Positions 1 through 9,434 of a DNA stretch of 64,000 bases are shown here, piece by piece. How positions within the stretch are numbered: position 1 is the stretch's first letter; each line of letters begins with the position of its first letter. The translations under genes and the position numbers were made by a program. The DNA lies in assembly GCA_964618805.1 (NCBI GenBank), contig CAZUBM010000001.1, positions 1 to 64,000 on the forward strand, in the 5' to 3' direction. A model generated the notes under the pieces. It searched no databases, had not been told where the DNA came from, and was given only the letters and a program-made list of their open reading frames with translations. The DNA is from an uncultured Nitrososphaerota archaeon. Its GTDB lineage: Archaea > Korarchaeota > Korarchaeia > Korarchaeales > Korarchaeaceae.

Positions 1-54
1 TAGAGCGTCCGGCTGTTAACCGGAAGGTCATGGGTTCGAATCCCATCCCCGCCG
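1..54 (+). tRNA. tRNA-Asn(GTT), 5'-truncated by window edge
   Basis: Anticodon arm TCCGG-CT-GTT-AA-CCGGA, T-arm ATGGG-TTCGAAT-CCCAT, acceptor 3' strand CCCCGCC+G; CCA not encoded. Confidence 0.95.
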
Positions 55-260
55 CTATCTTTCCATTTTCTTCCTGTTTCTATGGTTTGATCTTTGCTTA
101 AGCTGTCAAAAAATCGTGGTTATCTAATAGAGAACAATCCTCAGAACAAAGAATAAAGATATTAGGCGTATATCGTAATACACCGATAAGTTAGTCAGAC
201 GCTCTTTTGGAATTCCTTCCGGCTTTAAGCAGGGACTTAGATTCATTAGAGATGAGGAAC

Positions 261-2087
261 TTATAAAGCTCCGACAAACTTAGGACGCTTGCTTAAATGA
301 TAGGGCACATTTAGAGGCCTATAAGGCATTCCTTCACACTCCTTTTTGACTTCATTTTTCAGTGACTCGATGGTTGAGAAATATTCGGCACCATCACGTC
401 TTCTTCTAACAGTTAAACCTTTTCTCTCTAATTCTTTCTCTCCAACAAATGCTAAGTAAGGGATCCATCGTCTTTCAGCTTCTCTTACTTTCCTAGCTAA
501 GCTAAGGTCTCTATCATCCAAATCAGCCCTAATTTTATCTTCTCTTAGGCTTTGTACTATTTCCTCAGCAAAAAGCATAGCCTTTTCGGTTATCGGAAAC
601 ACTCTAACCTGTACAGGAGCTAGCCACAATGGAAGCATTGGTTTAGCTCCTTTATCCGCGGATTTAGCAGCTTGTTCAAGTATTGCATAGATCATCCTCT
701 CTATGCTACCCATTGAAGTGTGGACAATTATGCCAGGCCTTTTCTTTCCATCCTCGGCCACGTAGTATATGCCATATCTTGCTGAATCTTCGACATCAAG
801 TTGAACCGTACTTAACTGACCATTTCCCTCTGACTTATCAACAAACTGAAATTCGTGCTTCATTGCCCAGTAGTGTTTCATCTTAGGCAAGATCTCAATT
901 AAAGCTGGCTTGTTTACATATCTTAGCATTTCTAAAATGTGAGGCTTGAAATTCTCGTAGTACTCTTTGACTACCCTAAATGCAACAACGTAATTAATCC
1001 CTAATTTCTTAAGTAACTCATCATATTCCCTAAAGTAAAGCTTGTAGACATCGAGAGCTTGATCTATGTCTGCTGCAAAAGTATGGATATCTGGCATCGT
1101 GAAGCCCCTAAGTCGCCTAAGTCCCACGCATTCTCCTCTCTGCTCTAATCTGAAGGATGGAGAGATCTCATAAAAGCTGAGGGGAAGATGCTTTTTGGAA
1201 ATCGTCATGCTCTTCATCATTTGAAATAGTCCGAAATCGCCGGCAAATCTCAAAGTAAACGGGATATTATCAATTTCAAAACGATATCCTCTCTCTCTGA
1301 ATTTTTCTGCTTGTTCTGCGATGGCTGGAACTGTTAGTCTGTATATAAGGGGGGTCTCTATCTCCATAGCGCCAATTTTGTTAGCTATTTTGAAGGCAAG
1401 CTCCTCTATCAATCTCTTAACCAATGTGCCATCTGGATAGAACCTGAAATGACCAACATCAGAGGCAGGTTCGTAGTCTATCAATTCTAGCCTCTTCATC
1501 AGTTCTATGTGCACAGGACTCTCACCAGAAGGAGGTTTTCCGAACACTTCATTCCTAACGAAGATTCGGAGATCTTCATCCTCAATTTGCTCCCAATTGC
1601 TGGGTTTAACTTCCGCTCCTGAAGGATATAGGATTATGAACTCACTCGGCTCTACTTCCTCCTCCTTAGCTACTTTTACGCCTCTTATTACCCTTAGGGA
1701 TTCAGCTAAGGGATGGCCTTTAACTTTAATCTCAAAGGCCTTATACCACCCTATTGGGACCTTGTGGACTTCAAAGCCGGCCATCTGTAAAGTCCTTGCG
1801 AATAAATCATGTAATTCCCTGGCTTTAAAGAAAGGAGCTGGTTTCTCTGTGAGGTGAACCCAAGGGTAGACCACTAATTTTGTTACTCCAAGCCTGTTGG
1901 CTACCGTCCTCACATCTTCCACGGCTGCCCCTACGCAAGCAGGATTATCGTCTCTCTCATAAGATGTAAAAAGTACTAGGCTTTCTTCTATTGAATATCT
2001 CCTTAACTCAACTTCTTCCGCCTCTTTAACAGCTTTTTCCTTAACCTCATAACTTAATTTGTCTGAATGCAAGCAATAAATCCTCAA
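261..2087 (-). CDS. thrS: Threonyl-tRNA synthetase, archaeal type with N-terminal editing domain
   Basis: 608 aa; YPWVHL and GWYKAFEIKVKGHPLAE editing domain, FRLEQRGECVGLRRLRGFTMPDIH motif 2, GSIER, PLWLAPVQV anticodon domain. Confidence 0.97.
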   Translation of the reverse strand: MRIYCLHSDKLSYEVKEKAVKEAEEVELRRYSIEESLVLFTSYERDDNPACVGAAVEDVRTVANRLGVTKLVVYPWVHLTEKPAPFFKARELHDLFARTLQMAGFEVHKVPIGWYKAFEIKVKGHPLAESLRVIRGVKVAKEEEVEPSEFIILYPSGAEVKPSNWEQIEDEDLRIFVRNEVFGKPPSGESPVHIELMKRLELIDYEPASDVGHFRFYPDGTLVKRLIEELAFKIANKIGAMEIETPLIYRLTVPAIAEQAEKFRERGYRFEIDNIPFTLRFAGDFGLFQMMKSMTISKKHLPLSFYEISPSFRLEQRGECVGLRRLRGFTMPDIHTFAADIDQALDVYKLYFREYDELLKKLGINYVVAFRVVKEYYENFKPHILEMLRYVNKPALIEILPKMKHYWAMKHEFQFVDKSEGNGQLSTVQLDVEDSARYGIYYVAEDGKKRPGIIVHTSMGSIERMIYAILEQAAKSADKGAKPMLPLWLAPVQVRVFPITEKAMLFAEEIVQSLREDKIRADLDDRDLSLARKVREAERRWIPYLAFVGEKELERKGLTVRRRRDGAEYFSTIESLKNEVKKECEGMPYRPLNVPYHLSKRPKFVGAL

Positions 2088-3088
2088 ACTGATCCCTCAA
2101 CATGTTCTATTCTTGCTCCTTCCCTGGCAATAGGGATCTTAAAAGCTTCAAGTCCTGAATTTTTAAGTTTAGATACTAAATCATCAGGGTCAGGTGCGAT
2201 CGCCACCACGCATCCCCCACCTCCTCCACCAGATAACTTAGCCCCAAATGCCCCCTTTTCCTTAGCTAACCAAGCTATACGATCTAGTTCTGGGGTTGAG
2301 ACACCTAGCGCTGATAAAAGACAGTGATTCAAATCCATCAATGTGCCCAATCCTTCTAAGTCTCCTCTATAGACCGCTTCCTTTCCGGTGACAGTTATTG
2401 TGGCTATAATATCTAGAATCCCATCCACAATGTTGGTGTATCTTGATCTAAGTTTTGAGACTTTTTCTATCATTTCCTTTGTTTTTGTTGATTCTCTGCT
2501 GCATATCATGACCAAAGGAAGATTTTCCTGAACTTTAGTATGTGATACCCGCATCTCCCCGTTAATCCAATCAACCCAAACAAGTCCTCCGTATACTGCG
2601 CATGCAGGACCTGTTTTACTCGCCTTTCCATGTATTATCCTCTCAAATTCATAAACAGCCTCAAGTAGAGCATCTCCTTGCAATTCACACCCTAAGAAAT
2701 ACGAAACTGCTTTTGAAACGGCCGCTCCAACGCTTGCTGAGCTAGCCATACCGCTTCCTATGGGTACCGATGAATTTATTCTTATTTCCAACCCTTCTCT
2801 TTTATCTAACAAGTCAAAAAGCCTAACAACTCCCAAAGCTATTGGTTCAAGATCAGGTTCGCCTTCTCCTCTTATAGAGTTGCCAGATATAGTGCCTCTA
2901 AATGGTTCTATGTAAGCTGATGATGTTATCAAGACTTCCCTTTTTTTTCTTCCTTTACAGACAATTGCTCTAGCCCTACGGTCTACGCCGGCAGCAAGGG
3001 CAGGTTTTCCATAGAGAACAGCGTGCTCTCCGAATAGAAAAGCCTGAGAGGGAGCTGAGGCTTCTACCTTTGTTATCATAAGAGCCAC
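2084..3088 (-). CDS. mvk: Mevalonate kinase (GHMP kinase)
   Basis: LFGEHAVLYGKPA, PIGSGMASSAS, GAKLSGGGGGG motifs. Confidence 0.88.
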   Translation of the reverse strand: MALMITKVEASAPSQAFLFGEHAVLYGKPALAAGVDRRARAIVCKGRKKREVLITSSAYIEPFRGTISGNSIRGEGEPDLEPIALGVVRLFDLLDKREGLEIRINSSVPIGSGMASSASVGAAVSKAVSYFLGCELQGDALLEAVYEFERIIHGKASKTGPACAVYGGLVWVDWINGEMRVSHTKVQENLPLVMICSRESTKTKEMIEKVSKLRSRYTNIVDGILDIIATITVTGKEAVYRGDLEGLGTLMDLNHCLLSALGVSTPELDRIAWLAKEKGAFGAKLSGGGGGGCVVAIAPDPDDLVSKLKNSGLEAFKIPIAREGARIEHVEGSV

Positions 3089-3099
3089 CTCTTTATTCC

Positions 3100-4011
3100 T
3101 TATGAGGCCCTAGATTTATCCTTTCTGATAAAGTGAGAAATCATTTTAGCAACTTTTCTTATTTCTGCTTGGGCTAAAGGATCTAACCTCAGATCAAGGA
3201 AATGATTCCAAGCGTTTTTCCTTCCACTTACAAAGAACCTAGTGGAGGTAGCTTGAGGTAAGATGTACCTAGCATCCTCCTTCTTCACGCCCATTTTAAC
3301 CAGCTTTTCATATAGATTAAAGGAGGCTCTAACTTCTTTCACCATGAGATCGACTGCACTATCACTTAGGTTTTTAGGAAGATAGAAATTACCAGGTCTG
3401 ACGTGTCTCTGGCTCTGTTGAGTAAAGCTGAGGGTTCTATGCCTGACAAACTGATGGCTGCAGACCCTACTTATACCTTCAACTACAAAGGCATAGAAGG
3501 CATGCTTCTCATTTGAATGTTCTGATTGGATCATGGGATAAACGCGTATACCATCCCGCTCAACCCTCTCTTCAAGGTTAATCGTAAGATCTACTTGTCT
3601 GTCCGATTTTAGTCCCAAAATAGATGCTAGTATTGGAAAATTAGATATGCTTTTTCTAGCGAGGTCTCTAATGAATTTGTTTTCTGACTGCATCATCTCT
3701 AGAGCAGTTCTTAAATTAAAAGATGCAATGGCTTCGCTTCCTCCGCTCAATTCTACATATTTGAAATCAAAGAAGGCCTTTCTCAAATAATTCAAGTCCT
3801 CATTAAGATAAACCCTTATAAAAGAGTGTTCGAAAACGGATAGATGCCCTGAGGTGAACAAGCTCTTTATTAATCTCTTTACAAGGGCCGAGTTTTCCAG
3901 TTCTTTAACTAAATCCTTTAAACTCTTAGAACTTCTTGAAATTCTAGCAGCAAGATAAATTATAGCATCCGAACCAACTACTTCAATGCTTTTAGGCATG
4001 CTCAAGCTCAC
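3100..4011 (-). CDS. thyX: Flavin-dependent thymidylate synthase
   Basis: GHLSVFEH, SRVCSHQFVRHRTLSFTQQSQR (RHRx7S), ARYILP, AQAEIR. Confidence 0.93.
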   Translation of the reverse strand: MSLSMPKSIEVVGSDAIIYLAARISRSSKSLKDLVKELENSALVKRLIKSLFTSGHLSVFEHSFIRVYLNEDLNYLRKAFFDFKYVELSGGSEAIASFNLRTALEMMQSENKFIRDLARKSISNFPILASILGLKSDRQVDLTINLEERVERDGIRVYPMIQSEHSNEKHAFYAFVVEGISRVCSHQFVRHRTLSFTQQSQRHVRPGNFYLPKNLSDSAVDLMVKEVRASFNLYEKLVKMGVKKEDARYILPQATSTRFFVSGRKNAWNHFLDLRLDPLAQAEIRKVAKMISHFIRKDKSRAS

Positions 4012-4552
4012 TCCTTAAAGATTTTGGTAACCTAATCCCTCTTTGACCCTGATATGCCCCAGAATATGGAAACATGACTCCCCCTGGGATTTCAAAGAAA
4101 ATAACGTGCAGGAAACGAATTCCAGGGTAAATTTTTACTGGATTAGCGCCGGTCCAAAAAACCTCTATTGTAAGTTGGCCCTTAAATCCCGCATCTATAA
4201 CAGTGGGGGGTGCTATGAAGCCAAACCTAGCTAAAGTACTCCTTAGCTTGCACAAGGCAGCTATATTTGATGGAAGAGATATGTATTCTTCGGTATGTAA
4301 GAGAAAGGCGGTCCTAGATCCTATTACGATTCCATCTTCTTTTATCTTCTTAATTGTAAAAAATCTTTCAACGTTTGGATCTGCTAGATCTAGGATTTCC
4401 TCTCCTTCCTTGAGAAGACCTATTTCTGACCCTATTCTCAAATCTACCCCGTTTTGTTGTATAGTATCTTCTCTCAAAGGATCTATAACTAACTTCCCAG
4501 ACGAAATTAATTCGCGAATCTTTCTATCACTCAACATTAGCATCACTCTCAT
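3992..4552 (-). CDS. dcd: dCTP deaminase (paralogue 1, coupled to thyX)
   Basis: MLSDRKI, VDLRIG, RSTLARFG, IDAGFKGQLTIEV, YQGQ. Confidence 0.9.
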   Translation of the reverse strand: MRVMLMLSDRKIRELISSGKLVIDPLREDTIQQNGVDLRIGSEIGLLKEGEEILDLADPNVERFFTIKKIKEDGIVIGSRTAFLLHTEEYISLPSNIAALCKLRSTLARFGFIAPPTVIDAGFKGQLTIEVFWTGANPVKIYPGIRFLHVIFFEIPGGVMFPYSGAYQGQRGIRLPKSLRSELEHA

Positions 4553-4687
4553 TTTTTTGGCGCGTGTTTTCTAGGATTTCAGTATAAGCTGGGTACTCTA
4601 GAGTTATTAAGAAAAATTTCTCCCTTTGCGTCTCCTCTGTTTTTAATTAAGAAAGCTTTTAGGGAGCATCGCGACGGTATTATTGAG

Positions 4688-5512
4688 TTGAAAGTAAGAC
4701 CCGCAAGAAAAGGTGACTTTGAAACAATTGTTGAAATGAGCTTAGCCGGCCCTCCATACATTAAGATTGGTATAAGGAACTTTGAAGCATATTTGCATAA
4801 TGTAAGAGGTGTTGGAGGGGAAATTCTTGTTGTGGAGGAAGAAGGAGATATTCTGGGCGAGGCAGAGCTGGTTCCTCAATCAAATCTAAGTGTAGCTGGT
4901 CCACATGTTTTTTTGACCAATCTAGCCTCTATAGGCGATGATAGAGCCTTAAAAAGGGAGCTTCTTCGGACGTGTAAGAGAATGGCTAGATCGTGGGGAT
5001 TTTCTTTCTTGGACCACATACCAGCTTCTAAAGATCTAGAGGACCTTAAGATGTTGGGATTTAAGATGACAACAGCTAAACAAGTCCTGCTTAAAGCTGA
5101 GCCCAAAAAGATTGCGAACCTTGCAAAGGTCACAGAAGAAGTTTCCCAAAAATATCCATCGAATCTGGCATTACTCTCAGGAGAAATAAGACCAGGGAGA
5201 TTAGCATGGGCTCTAGCGCTTCATGAACAATCTTCAAATAAGACAAAATCAATTAAAATAAAAATTGGGAGATTCGAATTCATTTCACTACTCTCTAGGC
5301 TAGATAAGTCGCTGCACCTATCACTTTATGGAATACCAGCATCTGGCCCTGGAGAGATTTTTAACGCTCTTGGAGCCACATTAACTGTTGCAGGTGATTT
5401 GGGAATGAGTGAATTGAGAACTCTTGCATGGGCAAGATATCTTTGCTCCTTTGAATCTGCTGAATTTGAAGTGATAGAGCAGATCCCACTGATGAGATTA
5501 AGAGTCGATTGA
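4688..5512 (+). CDS. GNAT-fold acetyltransferase-like protein
   Basis: Starts VRPARKGDFETI; ILVVEEEGDILGEAEL strand pattern; canonical acetyl-CoA loop not evident. Confidence 0.55.
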   Translation: MKVRPARKGDFETIVEMSLAGPPYIKIGIRNFEAYLHNVRGVGGEILVVEEEGDILGEAELVPQSNLSVAGPHVFLTNLASIGDDRALKRELLRTCKRMARSWGFSFLDHIPASKDLEDLKMLGFKMTTAKQVLLKAEPKKIANLAKVTEEVSQKYPSNLALLSGEIRPGRLAWALALHEQSSNKTKSIKIKIGRFEFISLLSRLDKSLHLSLYGIPASGPGEIFNALGATLTVAGDLGMSELRTLAWARYLCSFESAEFEVIEQIPLMRLRVD

Positions 5513-5517
5513 TGATT

Positions 5518-5880
5518 TTAACCTTTTTCTGGCCCATATTTCTTCAAATATAGCTCAACTGGATCATAATGTAATCTTTCCTTGAGCTTTCTTCTTCCCT
5601 CCTCGGTTAGATCCAGAGGAGTCCAAGGAGGATCAAGGACTAACTCAACGATCACCTCTTTAGCCTCTTGTATCTCTTCTTCTACGCTTTTCTTAGCCAT
5701 ACCAAGGATAAAGAAAGTCATTGGACACCCTGGAGCTGTCATAGTCATTTTTATTTTAATGACAGGACCATCCAAGATTTCTATTCCTCTTACTAAACCC
5801 AAATCTACTACGTTTATACCTAGTTCAGGGTCTAAGACCTTTTTAAGGGCGCCTAGAACTCTCTCTTCAAGATCTTTCAA
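5518..5880 (-). CDS. DUF59/SufT/MIP18 metal-sulfur cluster assembly factor
   Basis: DPELGINVVDLGLV, TAPGCP, DPPWT motifs. Confidence 0.92.
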   Translation of the reverse strand: MKDLEERVLGALKKVLDPELGINVVDLGLVRGIEILDGPVIKIKMTMTAPGCPMTFFILGMAKKSVEEEIQEAKEVIVELVLDPPWTPLDLTEEGRRKLKERLHYDPVELYLKKYGPEKG

Positions 5881-5915
5881 CTAAGCCACCACCAATTTCT
5901 TCTTAACTCTCATAT

Positions 5916-7055
5916 TCAAAATGTTTGTCCATCTTTTAGCAGAAACTTGTCAAGCAAGTCCCTTGCCCTCTCTCTTTTATGTTGGTGCTCTTCCAAAAAC
6001 TCGATTACTCTCCCTATAAGTTCTTCCTTACATTCGCCACAAAGCAGATCGCCAGAGAGGCATCTTAACCTTCGCTCTTCAAGGAATTTATCATCTTCCT
6101 CAAATATGAAAGCGTAGTAATAGAACACTGGACAGATTTCCGGATTACCTCCTTTTTCCTTTTGTTCGGCTATGGTTGCCCTTCCTCCAGTAAAAGCATT
6201 CCAAATCTTCCTTCTGACAGCATCTGGCGGATCAATTGTAAAAATCGCACTCATAGCTTCGCTTGAACTCATCTTTCCTGCTCCAGAAAGGCTAGGCAAG
6301 AACTTGCTGTGAAATATTGCTGGTTTGTAGAAACCAAGCTTTGGAGCCACATCTCTAGCCACCCTAAAATGAGGATCTTGATCTACCGCTAGCGGAATTA
6401 AGCAAGGAACGTTCTCTCTCCTTATAAAAGACTCTATAAATGCAGGAGCAGCCTGAATACAGGTAAAGAATATCTGACCTATGTTAGAGCTCTCTGTAAG
6501 GCCGAATACAGATCTAACGGTCGAAAAGGTGATCTTCTTAGCACAACCTAGGGCTATTTTGTACAGCACACCTATGTAATCAGTATCTAAGAATATTCTT
6601 GTCTTCTCATGGCTAAAACCTAGAGCTATTACGTCTAAAGCATTATCAAGAGCGTATTTTCTCGTTTTTTCAAGCGTTAATTCTGGTTTAAACAGGAATT
6701 TTTCATCATCAGTCATCTGGAAGTAAAGCTTGGCATCAAACCTATCCTGCAGCCACTTAGTTAGAAACCAAGGGATCATGTGACCCAAGTGAGTATGACC
6801 CGAAGGCCCCCTTCCAGTGTAGAGGTAGAACTTTTCTCCTTTCTCATACATGTCTAATATCCAATCGAGGTCCCTGTGGGCGAAGAAAATCCCTCTTCTC
6901 AATAGTTTATGAGTGTCTCCGGCTAACTTAGTCAGTCTCTTGTAAAGCTCTTCGTTTAGAGGAGTTAATCCAAATTCTTTCACTAGCCTCTCATAATTTA
7001 CTTTCCCTTTCACTTCCCAGGGCGTTACTATGAACTCCTCACCGTCTTTTCTCAA
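5916..7055 (-). CDS. trpS: Tryptophanyl-tRNA synthetase
   Basis: VTPWEV, YTGRGPSGHTHLGH (HIGH-like), DQDPHFR, KMSSS. Confidence 0.97.
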   Translation of the reverse strand: MRKDGEEFIVTPWEVKGKVNYERLVKEFGLTPLNEELYKRLTKLAGDTHKLLRRGIFFAHRDLDWILDMYEKGEKFYLYTGRGPSGHTHLGHMIPWFLTKWLQDRFDAKLYFQMTDDEKFLFKPELTLEKTRKYALDNALDVIALGFSHEKTRIFLDTDYIGVLYKIALGCAKKITFSTVRSVFGLTESSNIGQIFFTCIQAAPAFIESFIRRENVPCLIPLAVDQDPHFRVARDVAPKLGFYKPAIFHSKFLPSLSGAGKMSSSEAMSAIFTIDPPDAVRRKIWNAFTGGRATIAEQKEKGGNPEICPVFYYYAFIFEEDDKFLEERRLRCLSGDLLCGECKEELIGRVIEFLEEHQHKRERARDLLDKFLLKDGQTF

Positions 7056-7260
7056 AGTAGATCCCCCCTAAAAACAGCCAGATATTCAGACTATAGGGCA
7101 CTCTATCCGTTCGAAAAGCAGATATGTCGTGACCAAAAGCTAACACCAGATCTCATGATCAACTTGTCTGTCTTAGCCATTAGATAAAAACATGAAGTGA
7201 TGAAACCAGCTTACATTATCGTTACTTTATTAAGACTAAAAGGACATATTACAAACAAAG

Positions 7261-7884
7261 ATGTCAGCTTCAGAATCTGAAGAATCTGTTGTAAGGTGGA
7301 CTGCTGAATCCCTTTCTATAACAGCGGTTGGTATTTGGACGGCCGTTTTTCTACTTTGGGCCCTCTACAGTGGTAAGCTTAGTTTAGGACAAGGGATAGA
7401 ATCCTTATCCCAAATAGGTTTCGTTCTACTTATTTGGGGGATAGGAGCGCTTATCGTTGCTGGCGGTAGTGGGCTGTTATACGGAATGACTGTGAAAAAA
7501 GAGGAAGTAGTACGCGTCGAGGAACTTGTTCCTCCCAATGCCTTTTTGGGACCGCACCCCCAAGCAGTAAAGGCTGGCCGTTTTATCTTTGTGTCCTATC
7601 AACTACCTATAAATCCGGTTACAGGGCAAATAATAAAAGGAGACACCCTTCTACAGGCCAGGGCTGTCTTGGACTCCTTGAAAGATCTTCTAATCTCAAA
7701 TGAGAGGGATTTGGAGGATGTCATCAAGCTAACCTTTTATGTGACGAGTCTTGAAAAACAGCACGATGTTGAAAGGGCATATTTAGAAACATTTACGCGT
7801 GGAAGACCTGCTATGACAATAGTTGAGGTCTCTGGGCTTCCTTTTGGCGTTGATGTGGCCTTAGATGCTATTGTCAGGGCGTGA
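7261..7884 (+). CDS. Rid (YjgF/YER057c/UK114) domain fused behind two predicted TM helices
   Basis: Two hydrophobic N-terminal segments, then GPHPQAVKAGRFIFVSYQLP, DVIKLTFYV, RPAMTIVEVSGLP. Confidence 0.8.
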   Translation: MSASESEESVVRWTAESLSITAVGIWTAVFLLWALYSGKLSLGQGIESLSQIGFVLLIWGIGALIVAGGSGLLYGMTVKKEEVVRVEELVPPNAFLGPHPQAVKAGRFIFVSYQLPINPVTGQIIKGDTLLQARAVLDSLKDLLISNERDLEDVIKLTFYVTSLEKQHDVERAYLETFTRGRPAMTIVEVSGLPFGVDVALDAIVRA

Positions 7885-9334
7885 TCAGTCCTCCTTCCAA
7901 TAGCTTTCTCCTTACCGTACCATAAGTGGTTAGAGCAGATATTGCTATAGCAGCTCTCTCGGGCGTGGGATATGCCGGAAATCCAAGCTCTTCAAATCTT
8001 TCTCTAAATGCTACTGCGTATTTCCCCTGTCCTATATCACAGAAGACTACCGGTTTATCAATTCCTTTTGCAACATCAGCTAATTTCTCTGGAAGATCTC
8101 CTGTTAGCCCAGGCACATGATGTAAAGCTATGACGATTACTCCGTCAACAGCAGAACTTTCTAAAAGAATTTCTAAGGACCTAACGTAAGACTCATCGTT
8201 TGTTGATCCCGTCAAATCGACTGGATTTTTAACAGAAGCTATTGGTGGAATTATTCCCATACGTTTTAACTCCTCAAGCCTTTCTTCCGTCTCTCCAGAC
8301 AAATCTGCTATGATTTGGCCTCTGCTCTCGAGTTCATCTACAGCCATAACACCAGCGCCGCCTCCATCTGTTAAAACAGCAATGCGCTTACCCTTTGCAG
8401 GAGGCTGCATTGAAAGAGCCTTAGCGACATCAAATAACTCCTCAACATTATTCACTCTTATTATGCCAGCTTGCCTGAACGCTGCATCATATATATCGTC
8501 TCTGCCAGCCACGGCAGCAGTGTGAGAAAGAGCTGCTCGAGATCCAGCCTTTGTCCTAGCTGCCTTCAAAACAACGATTGGCTTACTAAGAACGGCTCTC
8601 CTAGCTGCATCTATAAATTCTTTTCCTCTCTCTAGGGATTCAATGTAAACTAGAATTACTCGAGTTTTATAATCGCTAGCAAGATAATCAATTAGCTCTG
8701 CTTCATCCACATCTGCTCTGTTTCCATAACTAATGAACTTAGCTAGCCCTAGTTTTTCGCCAGCCATATAGTCCAAACATGCTACTCCAAAAGCACCCGA
8801 TTGAGTGATAAGCGAAATACTTCCAGCTTTTGGTCGTGGAAAAGATTTCAAAGCTCTTCCACCAACTTCCTTCTCAAATGGAAGAAACATCGTATCTACT
8901 CCTGTCTCTGGACACAATATCCCTATGCAGTTTGGCCCTACGATCCTAATACCGTGCTTCTTTGCTATTCTAATAAGCTGATCCTGTAAAACAATTCCCT
9001 CATCGCCTATTTCGGCAAATCCTCCACTTATAACAACCACATTCTTTGTACCAAGTTTTCCGAGCTCATCAACTGCCCCTGGAACAAGTTTAGCTGGAAT
9101 TGCTATAACAGCCAGATCTGGCGGTGAAGGGAGCTGCGATATCGATGGATACGTAGTCACACCCAATATCTCTCTTGCATCCGGGTTAACTGCGTAGAGT
9201 TCTCCTTTGAATATTCCTTTATCTTTGTTCTCCTTAAGAATACGCAAAATCTCATGTCCAACCTTACCTGGCTTGCGAGAGGCGCCTATAACCGCTATAG
9301 TGTCAGGATAGAAGAACTTGTCGAGGAGTAACAT
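7874..9334 (-). CDS. acdA: ADP-forming acetate/acyl-CoA ligase alpha subunit
   Basis: IAVIGASRKPGKVG, GPNCIG, TQSGA, SHTAAVAG phospho-His, NPVDLTG. Confidence 0.92.
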   Translation of the reverse strand: MLLLDKFFYPDTIAVIGASRKPGKVGHEILRILKENKDKGIFKGELYAVNPDAREILGVTTYPSISQLPSPPDLAVIAIPAKLVPGAVDELGKLGTKNVVVISGGFAEIGDEGIVLQDQLIRIAKKHGIRIVGPNCIGILCPETGVDTMFLPFEKEVGGRALKSFPRPKAGSISLITQSGAFGVACLDYMAGEKLGLAKFISYGNRADVDEAELIDYLASDYKTRVILVYIESLERGKEFIDAARRAVLSKPIVVLKAARTKAGSRAALSHTAAVAGRDDIYDAAFRQAGIIRVNNVEELFDVAKALSMQPPAKGKRIAVLTDGGGAGVMAVDELESRGQIIADLSGETEERLEELKRMGIIPPIASVKNPVDLTGSTNDESYVRSLEILLESSAVDGVIVIALHHVPGLTGDLPEKLADVAKGIDKPVVFCDIGQGKYAVAFRERFEELGFPAYPTPERAAIAISALTTYGTVRRKLLEGGLITP

Positions 9335-9434
9335 TATGTTTAATGAGGGGATATCAAAAAATTAAACTACACTACTAAGCAACTTAGCAGTAAACAGTTA
9401 AGCTTCGAGGTCATGACGCTCGATCTAATAAAAG

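Noticed and set aside
1-260. tRNA-Asn 3' end as a possible integration site
   Set aside because: No integrase, no repeat of the tRNA 3' end noticed in the window, and housekeeping thrS follows directly
5489-5533. Two TGATGA boxes at the end of the GNAT gene resembling a C/D sRNA
   Set aside because: Terminal D box reads CTGG rather than CTGA, the guides are low-complexity and no target was identified
7103-7180. 25-codon minus-strand ORF with one Trp upstream of trpS (attenuator leader?)
   Set aside because: Only one Trp codon and no alternative hairpins seen; consistent with chance
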